Below the pieces are notes generated by a model. That model ran no database searches and had not been told where the DNA came from. It saw only the letters and a program-made list of their open reading frames with translations. Made by a program: the position numbers and the translations under genes. A stretch of 64,000 nt of DNA, from NCBI GenBank assembly GCA_041690135.1, contig JAWLHY010000016.1, forward strand, positions 1-64,000, read 5' to 3'. Shown here one piece after another: positions 1-10,107 of this stretch. Within the stretch, counting starts at the first letter, position 1, and every line of letters begins with the position of its first letter. This DNA comes from Armatimonadota bacterium (GTDB lineage Bacteria > Armatimonadota > SYMT01).

Positions 1-104
1 CTTTCACCACGTGTGTCTGGCAGGACCGGATGCGTTCCCTTTCTCCGTTTTTCGCTCGCTTCTACTCTCATGGGGCGGGCGCTTATGAAGTACACTCAGC
101 CCGG

Positions 105-144
105 ACACCTGAACACCTGAACACCCGAACACCCGAACACCTGA
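105..144. repeat. 8-bp tandem repeat ACACCYGA x5
   Basis: acacctga acacctga acacccga acacccga acacctga read directly. Confidence 0.9.
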
Positions 145-181
145 ATACCTTCTGGCGGGCGAGACGCCCGCGCTCCGTCCC

Positions 182-208
182 GTTTGCCCCGATTGCCCGA
201 GGGGGTAT
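182..208 (+). promoter_or_regulatory. putative SigB/SigF-type promoter
   Basis: GTTT-N17-GGGTAT ending 27 nt upstream of the BON gene ATG; matches the SigB/SigF-group consensus. Confidence 0.6.
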
Positions 209-235
209 CACCCGGTGACAGCAGGGGAGGTAGCG

Positions 236-739
236 ATGACGAAGACACTACTGACGGGACTGGCGGCATTGAGCCTGGTAACCCTGGGGGGCTGTACCGC
301 GCAGGATAACGCGGCGGTCCGCGAGGACGTGCAGGGCGTGCGGGAGCAGATCCGCGGCGCGGCGGAGAACGCCCAGCAAGCGGCGGCCAACGCGGCGCTG
401 GCGGGCAAGATCAAGTCCGCCCTGGAGACCCGCAAGGGCCTGGACGCGGACCACATCGACGTGGAGGTCCAGTCCGGCGTCGTAACCCTGAAGGGCGACG
501 TCGCCTCGCGCGAGCAAGCCGAGCTGGCGGAGCGGGTCACGCAAGCCACCGAAGGCGTGCAGACCGTCGACAATCAGTTGATGGTCCGCGTCCCCGCCAA
601 GGAAGTTCCACCCAGCCAGACCCAAACCGGCGAAAGCCCGGTGATGGGCGCCCCGGCGACGGAAACCCCTCTCCACGGCGCCCCACTCCGGGAAGCCCCG
701 CTGCGGGAGACCCCGTCGACTGCGCCAGCGCCTTACTAA
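236..739 (+). CDS. BON-domain (OsmY-like) lipoprotein
   Basis: RBS GGGGAGG; lipobox LGGC; BON signature KIKSAL...IDVEVQSGVVTLKG.V...GVQTVDNQL. Confidence 0.9.
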   Translation: MTKTLLTGLAALSLVTLGGCTAQDNAAVREDVQGVREQIRGAAENAQQAAANAALAGKIKSALETRKGLDADHIDVEVQSGVVTLKGDVASREQAELAERVTQATEGVQTVDNQLMVRVPAKEVPPSQTQTGESPVMGAPATETPLHGAPLREAPLRETPSTAPAPY

Positions 740-747
740 CGGGCGTA

Positions 748-774
748 CCTTCCTCCTCGCACCGAGGGGGAAGG
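748..774. terminator. hairpin just after BON gene stop
   Basis: ccttcctcctcg-cac-cgagggggaagg near-perfect inverted repeat; no U-tract. Confidence 0.4.
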
Positions 775-1165
775 CAAGCGCCAGCGAGTCGGAGGAGTTG
801 GGGAGTTACCGGGCAGGGTTGAACCCACGACATGAACCTCCATCTCCGTTTGGGGCAGCGAGGCTCCCCCTTCTCTGCGTCGGAGCCGGGCACCCCTTGG
901 GTGGCGGGCACCTTTTGGGTGGCGGGGGGATGAGGTTACCACGAGCACCGCACTTGCCAGAGTGCACGCAGTTGGGGCTGGATGCCCGTTGGTTATCTCT
1001 TCCACACGAGAAGAACCTCCGGGATGGGAGTCCGGACGAAGTCCGGTTCCCCCTTGCGACCACCGTGCCCGAACCCCGGACTGGCGCACGGCTGACCCCC
1101 AATGTAACCCGCGTTGCGTGCGCGAACACCTGTGCAGTCCCATTTCAGCTACTGCGCGCCAAAAC

Positions 1166-1211
1166 AATTTGCAATTTGCAATTCTCAATCTGCAATTTGA
1201 AATCTGCAATC
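1166..1211. repeat. degenerate heptamer tandem repeat (AATYTGC-like) x6.5
   Basis: aatttgc aatttgc aattctc aatctgc aatttga aatctgc aatc. Confidence 0.85.
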
Positions 1212-1220
1212 CCCCGACCC

Positions 1221-1940
1221 TCAGTCCGGGTTCTCCAAAATCCACCGTTCCAGCGCCTCGTTCTCCGCGGTCAGCACGTCCGCGTTCAACAGGCCCCGCC
1301 GCAGTCCCTCGAACACGGCCCGGTTGCGGGGACTGAACATACTACCGGGCTCCTCTTCCCGCTCCACCCCCAGCTTCAGGTAAAGGCTATGGAGACGGTT
1401 CTGGGCTCCGCGGCGGGAAAGGTAGCGGCGGCGCGCGATGCCGCGGTCCGTCAGACCCAGGGCGATATCGATCATCGCCTCGAATTCCGCCTCGGTGAGA
1501 GCGCTGGGGGACTGGAGCGCCCGCGCCTGGATGCCGCGGATCTCCCGGTCCAGCCAGCACTGCTCGTCCAGCAGCACCGCCTTGATCGCCTGGATCAGCT
1601 TCTCATCCGGGCTGCTCTTCAGCACGTAGCCGTAAACCGTCTCCGGCGGCACGATCTGTGAGAGCCGCCGGACATAGATCTCGTCCTTGAACTGTGACCA
1701 GAAAACGATGCGGGTCTCCGGCTGTTCCTTCCAGAGCGCGCGCGCGATATCGATGCCGTTCATCCCCGGAAGCTGGATGTCCAGCAGCAGCAGCTCCGGC
1801 CGCTCCGCGCGAGCCCGCGTCAGCGCCTGGGTCCCATCCGCCGCCGTCCCCGCCGGCAAGGCCTGCGGCAACCGGTCCCGCAGCAACCGCTCCATATGTT
1901 CCCGTTGGGCAGTATTGTCTTCGACGATTAACGTTTTCAT
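1221..1940 (-). CDS. NarL/LuxR-type response regulator (receiver + HTH)
   Basis: MKTLIVEDN...LLLDIQLPGMNG...GYVLKSS receiver; C-terminal LTEAE...GLTDRGIA HTH. Start ATG 1940 overlaps the kinase stop (ATGA); the ORF-track N-terminal extension is spurious. Confidence 0.9.
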   Translation of the reverse strand: MKTLIVEDNTAQREHMERLLRDRLPQALPAGTAADGTQALTRARAERPELLLLDIQLPGMNGIDIARALWKEQPETRIVFWSQFKDEIYVRRLSQIVPPETVYGYVLKSSPDEKLIQAIKAVLLDEQCWLDREIRGIQARALQSPSALTEAEFEAMIDIALGLTDRGIARRRYLSRRGAQNRLHSLYLKLGVEREEEPGSMFSPRNRAVFEGLRRGLLNADVLTAENEALERWILENPD

Positions 1941-4105
1941 TTCGCGCTCTCCACAAGTGGTAATGTTACCGCGAAGGCCGTCCCCTCCGGCTCCAGGCGT
2001 CGCCACTCCACCTGCGCCCCGATCAGGTCCGCCCGGTACCGGATGTTCAGCAGCCCGTGCCCCGTGCCCAGGCACCGCTCCACGTCGAACCCGCAGCCCC
2101 GGTCGGTCATCGTGATGGAGAGTGCCTCCTCGCCCGCATCCACCTCCAGCAGGATCGACCGGGTACCGGAGTGCTTGAGGATGTTGTTCACCGCCTCCTG
2201 GCAGATCCGGTAGAGCGCCAGGCTCTGGTCCGGCGAGAGGACCGGCTCCTCTCCCTTGCGGCGGACGATCACCGCGACCGGCGGCTCCTGGCGGGAGGCG
2301 CAATTGCGAACGTAGCTCTCCAGCGCGGCGGTGAGGCCCAGCATATCGAGGGCGCTGGGTCGCAGGGCCTCCATCACCTCCCGCACGCTGTCCATCGTCC
2401 CCCGGATCTCCCCCTCCAGGCGCGCGAGTTCCGGGGCCAGCCCGTTAGCATTCCGCTGCAGGCGCTCCACGTCCCCCGCGATCTGGCGCAGTTCCGGTAG
2501 CACCTGGTCGTGCAGGTCGGCGGCCAGCCGGCGGCGCTCCTCTTCGGCGCCTGCCAAAACCCCCGCGGTCCGGGCCGCGAGCTCCGTCCGTTGCTGCTCC
2601 AGCAGGGCGGCGCTCAGGCGGGCATTTTCCAGCGCGACCGCCGCCTGGACCGCGGCCGACCCCAGGAGGCGCCGCTCCTCTGAACTGTAGGCTTCGCCGT
2701 TCCGCTTGGGTCCTAGTTCCAGGTAGCCCAGGAGACGTTCCCCGCGATGGATGGGGATCCGCTCCTCAAGACCTTTGGCGGGGGCGGCCTCCGGGGGAGC
2801 GATCTGCACGGAGACCGGGTCCAGGGCCTGCCGCACGCCCCGATCCAGGGTGCCGTATACGCCCTCCGCCGTGGTCTGTTCGCCCAGGTCGTGAGCCAGT
2901 TGAATCAGGGCGACGCGCGTCGCCTCGACATCGCGGAAAAACCGGCGGTCCAGGCGCTGCAGCACTTCCTGCCGCTTGCCGGAGAGCACGGCGACGATGA
3001 ACATCCAGAGCAGGTAGGGAAAGGCGTCGCCCGATCCCCCGCCGTCCGGTTTGACGGAAAGCTGCCCAAATCGCCAGACGAGCACGAAGCCGGGGATGAG
3101 GAAGAGGGTGCCCAGGGTCCACCGCGCCAGAAGGTACTGGAGCGTCCGGCGGGCCATCACCCGCACTTCGAGCGCGCGGAGGCGGAAGACAAGATGCCCC
3201 ACCGCCGCGCTGAAGAGCGCCGCTGGGAGCAAGTGGGCCGGAATGAACTGGTCCGAGATCACCCACCAGTGCTGGGAGATGCCCAGCAGCACGGCCAGCA
3301 GGATGGCGCCCGCGGCCACGGTGAGGGTGCGGACGACGGGCCGGTCTGCCTCCGTTGCCCCCTTCCAGCGGGAGAGCACCTTGCGCAGCCCGAAGAGCGC
3401 GTAGCCCACCGCCAGGAGGTTGAACAGGAACGCCGCTCCCTTCCGGTCGCCGTCCTCCCACATCGCCGCTCCCAGAAAACCGAGGACGATGAAGGGGAGA
3501 TAGATCCGCACGGCACGGAGACACTCGGCACGCCGGCCCAGGGGAAGGGCGGGCGGAGGGAAGATGGCGAAGAAGTGGGCCGCGAGCGCCAGGGTAGCCA
3601 GGCGCGGTTCACGGGGAAATGCGAACACCGGCGCCGCCATCAGTACCAGCCCGAGAAGAACCGCCCGACCATCTTGGGGCCGCTGCCAGAAGAGCGCGAG
3701 GGCCAGGGCGGCGAGGGCGGTGTTGAGCAGCCCCACCAGCGACCAGGCCAGCCGCACCGGCCAGGCGGGAGGCGCCGGGCGGATGGTGAGCCACTGGCTC
3801 TTTCCGCTCCGTTTCACCTCGACCTTTCCGGAGCGGGGAATGCCTCCCTTCCAGCGGAGCGCGCGCAGGGGATCGGTCTTCGTCCCGCCCAGCTCGACGG
3901 TCTCACCCTGGACGAACCGGTCGGCGTTCTGGGCTCCCGCCCGGCTGAGGGGGCCGCCGGGCCGTACGTAGAGGAGTCCGTCCTTCAGCAGTACGAACCC
4001 GCCCGGCTCGGTGCTGGTAGCCCCGACCATCGGTCGGAACGCGGCGGTGAGCAGGGCCAGGACCCCTACGAACATAAGGAGGTACGTGTACCAGGGACGG
4101 CGCAT
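1937..4105 (-). CDS. membrane sensor histidine kinase (HisKA_3/HATPase, GAF-like segment, multiple TM helices)
   Basis: EEERRRLAADLHD H-box; QEAVNNILKHS N-box; DRGCGF and GHGL G-boxes. Confidence 0.9.
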   Translation of the reverse strand: MRRPWYTYLLMFVGVLALLTAAFRPMVGATSTEPGGFVLLKDGLLYVRPGGPLSRAGAQNADRFVQGETVELGGTKTDPLRALRWKGGIPRSGKVEVKRSGKSQWLTIRPAPPAWPVRLAWSLVGLLNTALAALALALFWQRPQDGRAVLLGLVLMAAPVFAFPREPRLATLALAAHFFAIFPPPALPLGRRAECLRAVRIYLPFIVLGFLGAAMWEDGDRKGAAFLFNLLAVGYALFGLRKVLSRWKGATEADRPVVRTLTVAAGAILLAVLLGISQHWWVISDQFIPAHLLPAALFSAAVGHLVFRLRALEVRVMARRTLQYLLARWTLGTLFLIPGFVLVWRFGQLSVKPDGGGSGDAFPYLLWMFIVAVLSGKRQEVLQRLDRRFFRDVEATRVALIQLAHDLGEQTTAEGVYGTLDRGVRQALDPVSVQIAPPEAAPAKGLEERIPIHRGERLLGYLELGPKRNGEAYSSEERRLLGSAAVQAAVALENARLSAALLEQQRTELAARTAGVLAGAEEERRRLAADLHDQVLPELRQIAGDVERLQRNANGLAPELARLEGEIRGTMDSVREVMEALRPSALDMLGLTAALESYVRNCASRQEPPVAVIVRRKGEEPVLSPDQSLALYRICQEAVNNILKHSGTRSILLEVDAGEEALSITMTDRGCGFDVERCLGTGHGLLNIRYRADLIGAQVEWRRLEPEGTAFAVTLPLVESAK

Positions 4106-4162
4106 GCCTACTTTTAGCCCATTCCCCTCCCCGGCGCAACGGGCGAAAGCACAGCGCCGGTT

Positions 4163-5689
4163 CTACCCCAGGAGATGCCGGGACAGGTAATCGCGGTAGA
4201 GTTGGCAACGCAGCCGGGCCTCCCGGGGCAGGTCCCCCACGATCACCCCGGCGCTCCGCAAACGGTAGAACGTCTGCAGCGTGGGGCAGGGGCGGCCCTG
4301 CAGCACCTCGCGCACCGCGTCGCACATTTCCGGATCCCGGCCCAGGAGCAGGAGCATCCGCCCCAGGTGATCGCTGAAGATGCCGTTGTCCTCGCGCCCC
4401 GCCTGCTGCTCGAACTGTTCTACGGAAAGTTCGCGGACCACCATTTCATGGAGCCCACGGCGCACAAGGTAGGGGTGCCCGTTGACCAACCGGTAATAAC
4501 GCTCCAGGTCGCGGGTCGATCCCAGGGGGGACCCGTACCGTTCGTTCAGGTCCTGGACCTGTTCCAGGGTGAAATCCTGCAGCGTCAGGCGGGTCCCCAC
4601 GTTGAACGGGGATTGGTGGATGTCCGAAATGAACAGGTGCGCTTCCGTGGCGTACGCTATGGCGAGGGTGAACCGGTTCCAGGGCCCCGTGGGGTCCAGC
4701 GACCGCTCGTAGTGCCATGATCGCAGCAGCGAAAAGAACTCGCTGGAGTAAGGGCGGCCGAACAAGCGGTCCACTTCGTCCATGCCCCACACCACCGTCC
4801 CCGGCAGCTCCGGCAGCACCTCCCGGCGGAGATACAGGTCGAAGTTCACGGAAGGGGCGTGATTGGGAGCCCACACGTCCCCTGGCAGCACATCCAGATC
4901 CAATTGGTCCGCGATCCACTCCCCCAGCGCTATGAGCAGCGTCTCGGGGGAGTCGAAATCGTCTTCGTTCAACTTCTGGAAGTCGGTGAGGATCACCCGC
5001 GCCCCGGCCTGCCGGGCCTGCTGGAGGCCGCGCGCCAGCAGAGAGGTTTTTCCCATCTGCCGCGCGCCCTTCACCAGCACGATGCTGTCGCGACGCGCGA
5101 TCGCGGCACGAAAGGCTTCATCGGTGTCTCGTTCCACGTAGAAGGCCGAGTCGAGCGGTACGGCCCCCCCCACCGGTTCCAACTTGCGGGACGCGGTTGA
5201 GGATGGCGCGCCCGTTCCCTCCCGGAGGGCGGCGGTGAGTGTCCGGAGCAACTCTTCCGTGGACTCCGGGCCCTTCCACGCCAACGGCGGGGTAGCGGCG
5301 ATCAACGGACTGAGCACAGGCGGCAGGGCGCCATCGAAATCGACGTAGATCGGGACCAATCGGGGCCGGCCCTGGCGGCGGGAGACTTCCGCCGCGATCT
5401 GCACCTCCAGGGAAAGCGTCTCGCTCTGGATCGATTGGGGCGAGACCAGTGCGATCAGGACGTCGGACCCGGTGATGCGCTCCTCGACCTCCGCCGCCCA
5501 CTCCACACCGACGCTAAGATGCCGGTCCACAAAGACGTTCCAGCCTTCCTCCGCCAGCCGGCTTTCCAGGTCGTGGAGCAACTCCTCGTCCGGGTACGTG
5601 CCCCGGCTATAGAGGATGACGATCCTGGCGGGCGGCGGCGCCGCGGGACCACGGGCCGGTTGTGCGGGTGTGGGAGGATGTGCGCACAT
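4163..5689 (-). CDS. TIR domain + AAA_35-type P-loop ATPase
   Basis: [37 protein letters not shown]; [13 protein letters not shown], Walker [10 protein letters not shown], Walker B WGMDEVD, SPFNVG, GHPYL. Confidence 0.85.
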   Translation of the reverse strand: MCAHPPTPAQPARGPAAPPPARIVILYSRGTYPDEELLHDLESRLAEEGWNVFVDRHLSVGVEWAAEVEERITGSDVLIALVSPQSIQSETLSLEVQIAAEVSRRQGRPRLVPIYVDFDGALPPVLSPLIAATPPLAWKGPESTEELLRTLTAALREGTGAPSSTASRKLEPVGGAVPLDSAFYVERDTDEAFRAAIARRDSIVLVKGARQMGKTSLLARGLQQARQAGARVILTDFQKLNEDDFDSPETLLIALGEWIADQLDLDVLPGDVWAPNHAPSVNFDLYLRREVLPELPGTVVWGMDEVDRLFGRPYSSEFFSLLRSWHYERSLDPTGPWNRFTLAIAYATEAHLFISDIHQSPFNVGTRLTLQDFTLEQVQDLNERYGSPLGSTRDLERYYRLVNGHPYLVRRGLHEMVVRELSVEQFEQQAGREDNGIFSDHLGRMLLLLGRDPEMCDAVREVLQGRPCPTLQTFYRLRSAGVIVGDLPREARLRCQLYRDYLSRHLLG

Positions 5690-5697
5690 AGCAGGCC

Positions 5698-7782
5698 CTA
5701 GAGGAGGTGGCGCTTCAAGTAGCTTTCGTAAAGCCGGCAGCGGAGCCGCGCTTCTCGCGGAGCCTCACCCGAGAGAATACCAGACGCCCGCAGCCGATAG
5801 AACCCTTCCGGCGTCGGACAGGGATTGCCGCGCAGCACCTCTCGCAGTTGTTGCGTCAGTCCCGGGTCCTTACTCAGCAGCACCAGCATCCGCCGCAGGT
5901 GGTCTCCGTAAAATCCTTCCTCGCGATCCGCCTGTGCCTCGAACGCGTTGATATCCATCCCGCGCATGACCATCTCGTGGAGCCCGCGCCGCACCAGGTA
6001 CGGCTGACCGCTCAATACGCGGTAGAAACGGGCCGTCTCCGTCTCTCCCCGCAACGGAGCCCCATACCGCTGATTGAGGTCCTCCACCTGCTCGAAATGG
6101 AAGTCCTCCATCACCAGGCGGGTTCCCACGTTGAATGGGGACTGGTTGATGTCGGAGATGAACAGGTGGGCTTCCGTGGCGTAGGCAATGGCGAGCGTGA
6201 GCCGTGACCACGGCCCCGAGGGATCGAGGGATCGCTCGTTGTGCCAGGAGCGGAACAGTCCGAAGACCTCGCTGGCGTAATCCCGCTCAAAGAGCCGATC
6301 GACCTCGTCCATCGCCCACACCAACGGCTTCTCGATCTTGTTGAGCACCTCCCGGCGGAGATAGCGCTCGAAGTTCACGCTGGGCCCGCGGCGCTCGTTC
6401 CATACCGCGTCCGGGTAGACATCCAGGTCGAGCTGGTCCGCGATCCACTCGCCCAGGGCCAGGAAAAGGCTCTGGGCGGATTCTAGCTGGTTGGAGTTCA
6501 GCTTCTGGAAGTCGGTCGGGACGACCGTGGCCCCTCCCTGGCGGGCCTGGTGGAGTCCCCTCGCCAGGAGCGAGGTCTTGCCCATCTGCCGGGCGCCCTT
6601 GATGAGGATGATGCTGTCCTGGCGGGAGATCGCCGTCCGGAACTCGTCGTCGGTGTTCCGCACCACGTAGAACGTGGAGTCGAGCGGCACCGCTCCCCCC
6701 ACGGGCTCCAGTTTGGTGCGGGGCACTACCTTCACGGTCTCCGTCGGACCGGATAGTGCGACCTTCAAGTTGGCCAGTATGCGATCGGTATCGTCGTCCC
6801 CCTCCCACAGTGCGTACTCGATGGGGTCCAGAATGGGAGCCAGCGTTTCGGGAAGCGGACCGGTGAAATTGACCCGGATCGGCAGCAACTGCGGTTTTCC
6901 GCGATGCTGTGCTTCTTCGTTGGCGCTCTGGATTTCATAGGAGACCATTTCGCTCTGCACGGAAGCCTGCGACAACAGCGGAATGACCGCGTCCGAGGAG
7001 CGAATCTGGCGGTCGATCTCCGCCGCCCACTGCATCCCCACTACCAGGTTGCGGTCCACGAAGACGTCGTGACCGTGGGTCACCAGGAACTGCTCGATCA
7101 TCTTGAGCAGCTCTTCGTCCGGTTGAGCATCGCGTTTGTAAAGCAAGCACACTTTCAACCGACGTGAAGCAGCGAGGGCGGCCGGCGCGGAGATGATGAC
7201 CGTTCCGTGGGGGCGTAATTTCGTGGGGAGACGGGGATTGCCGACAGAACCGGTATAGAGGTTATAGAGCCAGAGCACTTCTCCATGCTTGACTTCACAC
7301 TTTCCCAGGTCCTGAAGGGGCCAGTGGCCGACCTGCGCCACCAGGTCGCGGTACTCGCGAGTTACGAGAATGTGCTTGGCGTCACCGCAGTCCATGACCC
7401 TTTGGGCATAATTGATGCCGCTCCCGGAAACGTTAGCGTTGGAGTTAATATCCTGCACCCGATAGACCGGTCCATGGTGGATGCCCATTCGCAGTTCAAC
7501 GTCGGGCAACTCTTCCACCGCTGCGGCAACCTGCATGGCACATTGGATGGGCGCCACCACGTCTCGGAAGAACACCAGCGCCATGCCATCTCCGGTGGGC
7601 AATGTAATCAGATCCCCCGTGGCTTCGGATCGCCGGTACTCCGGTGTACCACGCACCATCTGCTGGAGTTCACGCACTACGCGAAGCTGGAAGTCCATAG
7701 GCATCGCGGAGTACCCAACGATATCCATGAACAGGACACACGCTGGTTCGCTGGTGGGCGTAGGACTGGGGTGGACTGACAT
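5698..7782 (-). CDS. class III nucleotide cyclase + TIR + AAA_35-type ATPase
   Basis: [32 protein letters not shown] cyclase motifs; TIR ([21 protein letters not shown]); GARQMGKTS and WAMDEVD ATPase motifs. Confidence 0.85.
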   Translation of the reverse strand: MSVHPSPTPTSEPACVLFMDIVGYSAMPMDFQLRVVRELQQMVRGTPEYRRSEATGDLITLPTGDGMALVFFRDVVAPIQCAMQVAAAVEELPDVELRMGIHHGPVYRVQDINSNANVSGSGINYAQRVMDCGDAKHILVTREYRDLVAQVGHWPLQDLGKCEVKHGEVLWLYNLYTGSVGNPRLPTKLRPHGTVIISAPAALAASRRLKVCLLYKRDAQPDEELLKMIEQFLVTHGHDVFVDRNLVVGMQWAAEIDRQIRSSDAVIPLLSQASVQSEMVSYEIQSANEEAQHRGKPQLLPIRVNFTGPLPETLAPILDPIEYALWEGDDDTDRILANLKVALSGPTETVKVVPRTKLEPVGGAVPLDSTFYVVRNTDDEFRTAISRQDSIILIKGARQMGKTSLLARGLHQARQGGATVVPTDFQKLNSNQLESAQSLFLALGEWIADQLDLDVYPDAVWNERRGPSVNFERYLRREVLNKIEKPLVWAMDEVDRLFERDYASEVFGLFRSWHNERSLDPSGPWSRLTLAIAYATEAHLFISDINQSPFNVGTRLVMEDFHFEQVEDLNQRYGAPLRGETETARFYRVLSGQPYLVRRGLHEMVMRGMDINAFEAQADREEGFYGDHLRRMLVLLSKDPGLTQQLREVLRGNPCPTPEGFYRLRASGILSGEAPREARLRCRLYESYLKRHLL

Positions 7783-7906
7783 GGACCGCACCTGCAAGGG
7801 AGAGGAGAAGACACAACCAAACGCCTTCCACTCTCCATTTTAACCTTGCGCGGGGCCAATCCCACAGTTCGTCTTGAGGTGTTTCTCGCCGTGGAAGCCC
7901 TAATGC

Positions 7907-9886
7907 TCACCGGGCCTCACGGATAGCGTCCAGCGTCGCCGGGTTTTCCAGGCTGCTCAGGTCGCCGGCCTCTTTGCCGAGATAAACGGAGCGGATCACG
8001 CGCCGCAGCACCTTGGCATTCCGGGTCTTCGGCAGGTCGGTCGCGAACAGCACCTTCTCCGGGCGCAGCGCCTTCCCCAGGGAAGCCGCCACCTGGTCGC
8101 GTATGGCGGCGCGCAATTCGTCCGTCGGCTGTTGGTCCGCGCCAAGGACGGCGAATACCACCACCGCCTCTCCCTTGATCGCATCCGGCACGCCGATGGC
8201 GGCGGCCTCGCGGACCGCCCGGTGCTCGCAGGCGGCGGACTCCACCTCCGCCGGCCCCACCCGCTTGCCGGCTACTTTGAGTGTGTCGTCGCTGCGCCCC
8301 AGGATGTACCAGAACCCCTCGTCGTCCACCAGTGCCCAGTCGCCGTGGACCCACACGCCGGGCCAGCGCGACCAGTAGGTGTCGAGGTACCGTTGGGGAT
8401 CGCGCCAGAATCCCCGCGTCATGCCGGGCCAGGCGTTGGTGAGCACCAGTTCGCCGACTGCGTTGCGGACCGGTCGCGCCTCCTCGTCATAGACCTCGGC
8501 GGCCATGCCCGGGACGACGGTGTTGAAGCTGCAGGGCTTCAGCGGGCGGAGGGAGACACAGCCCAGGATACCGCCGGAAATCTCCGTGCCGCCGCTGTAG
8601 TTGATGATGGGGCAGCGCCCACCTCCGACCTTTTCCAGAAACCACTGCCAGGGTCCGGGATTCCACGGCTCGCCCGAGGCTCCCAGGATCCGCAGGCTGG
8701 AGAGGTCATACTTCGCGGGCCACTCATCGCCGTGGGCCATCAGGGCGCGGATCGCCGTGGGGGCGATACCCAATACGCTGATGCGGTGCCGCTCCACCAG
8801 TTCCCAAACACGGCCGGGGTGTGGGAAATCCGGCGTCCCTTCGAACAGCACGCACGCTGCCCCGAGCGAGAGAGAGCCCATAATCGCCCAGGGCCCCATC
8901 ATCCATCCGAGGTCGGAGAACCAGAATAGGGTGTCCCCTTCCCCCACGTCGAAGAGGTGGGCCATGTCTTGCGTGGCTTTTACGGGGAAGCCGCAGTGCG
9001 GATGCAGCGCCCCTTTGGGCCGTCCGGTCGTGCCGGAAGTGTAGATAATGAGACAGGGGTCTTCCGGGTCGGTCCGCTCGGTCTCGACCATTCCGACCGC
9101 TGTCATGCCACTCGCCGAATCAGTGAGTTGGGACCAGGTCAGGTCGCGGCCCTCCCGCATCGGCACCGGGCGGTCCAGGCGCGGAAAGACGATAACGCGT
9201 TCTATGGATGGCGACAGCTCCACCGCGGCATCGGCGGTTTCCTTCATCCGGATCGTGGAGCCCCGCCGGAGGAATCCGTCGGCCGTGATGAGGAAGCGCG
9301 CTTCCGCATCCTGGAGGCGCTGGGCCACCGCCTCCGGCCCATAGCCGGAGAAGATCGGGATGTAAATGGCGCCAAGCTTGTTGACCGCCAGCGTGGCGGC
9401 CACTGTCTCGGGCAGCATCGGCATGAAGATGCCGACCCGGTCGCCCTTCTCTAGCCCCAGCGCCCGCAGCCCCGCGGCGGCACGGTCGACCTCCGCGGCC
9501 AGCTCCCCATAGGTCCAGCGCCGGACGGCTCCGTCGTCCCCTTCCCAGATGAGGCAGATCCGCCCCCGGACCGGCCCCGCCGCCCACTTGTCGAGCGCAT
9601 TATGGACGTAGTTGTACTTCCCGCCGCGGAACCAGGTGGTCCACTCCTTACCCCGGCTCTGGTCCATCACCTGCTCGTACGGCTCGTAGAACTGCAGGTC
9701 CAGGTCCTCCATTGTGGCGCGCCAGAAGGCTTCCGGCTCTTCCACGGACCAGCGGAGGAAGGCCTCGTATTCGGCGTGACCCTGCTGGAGCATGAAGCGG
9801 CGCAATCGCGAGGCCGCCAGGTGTTCTTCGCCTGGTCGCCAGGCGATCGGCAATTCCGTCAACGAGGCTGTGTCTTCAAAGGACAT
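7907..9886 (-). CDS. acetyl-CoA synthetase-like AMP-forming acyl-CoA ligase
   Basis: YTSGTTGRPKG, SGEPWN, YSGGTE, HGD, GRSDD.LKVAGKR, LPKTRNAK; start could alternatively be 9952. Confidence 0.9.
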   Translation of the reverse strand: MSFEDTASLTELPIAWRPGEEHLAASRLRRFMLQQGHAEYEAFLRWSVEEPEAFWRATMEDLDLQFYEPYEQVMDQSRGKEWTTWFRGGKYNYVHNALDKWAAGPVRGRICLIWEGDDGAVRRWTYGELAAEVDRAAAGLRALGLEKGDRVGIFMPMLPETVAATLAVNKLGAIYIPIFSGYGPEAVAQRLQDAEARFLITADGFLRRGSTIRMKETADAAVELSPSIERVIVFPRLDRPVPMREGRDLTWSQLTDSASGMTAVGMVETERTDPEDPCLIIYTSGTTGRPKGALHPHCGFPVKATQDMAHLFDVGEGDTLFWFSDLGWMMGPWAIMGSLSLGAACVLFEGTPDFPHPGRVWELVERHRISVLGIAPTAIRALMAHGDEWPAKYDLSSLRILGASGEPWNPGPWQWFLEKVGGGRCPIINYSGGTEISGGILGCVSLRPLKPCSFNTVVPGMAAEVYDEEARPVRNAVGELVLTNAWPGMTRGFWRDPQRYLDTYWSRWPGVWVHGDWALVDDEGFWYILGRSDDTLKVAGKRVGPAEVESAACEHRAVREAAAIGVPDAIKGEAVVVFAVLGADQQPTDELRAAIRDQVAASLGKALRPEKVLFATDLPKTRNAKVLRRVIRSVYLGKEAGDLSSLENPATLDAIREAR

Positions 9887-10107
9887 GGTCTTGTCTCTGG
9901 CGGACGAGACGTCCGCGCTCCGTAAACTGGTCTTCAAAGGATCGGGTCTCATCTCCGGCAGACGAAACGGCCGCTCTCCGACAACGCGAAGGCCTTATCC
10001 TTTTATGCCCACCCGGCGGTTGTTTTCCTACCGCCATCTCGCGCAGTTTGCCTTATGATAGGTTCAGCACTGCTATCCGGCATTTGAGCCGATGAGGGAA
10101 CCAAGAG

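Noticed and set aside
30-218. 62-aa ORF with TPEHLN repeats
   Set aside because: It is a translation of the octamer repeat, with no other coding signal.
736-1661. ORFs 736..1245 (-) and 798..1661 (+)
   Set aside because: They read through the heptamer repeat or are antisense to the response regulator; no recognisable domain.
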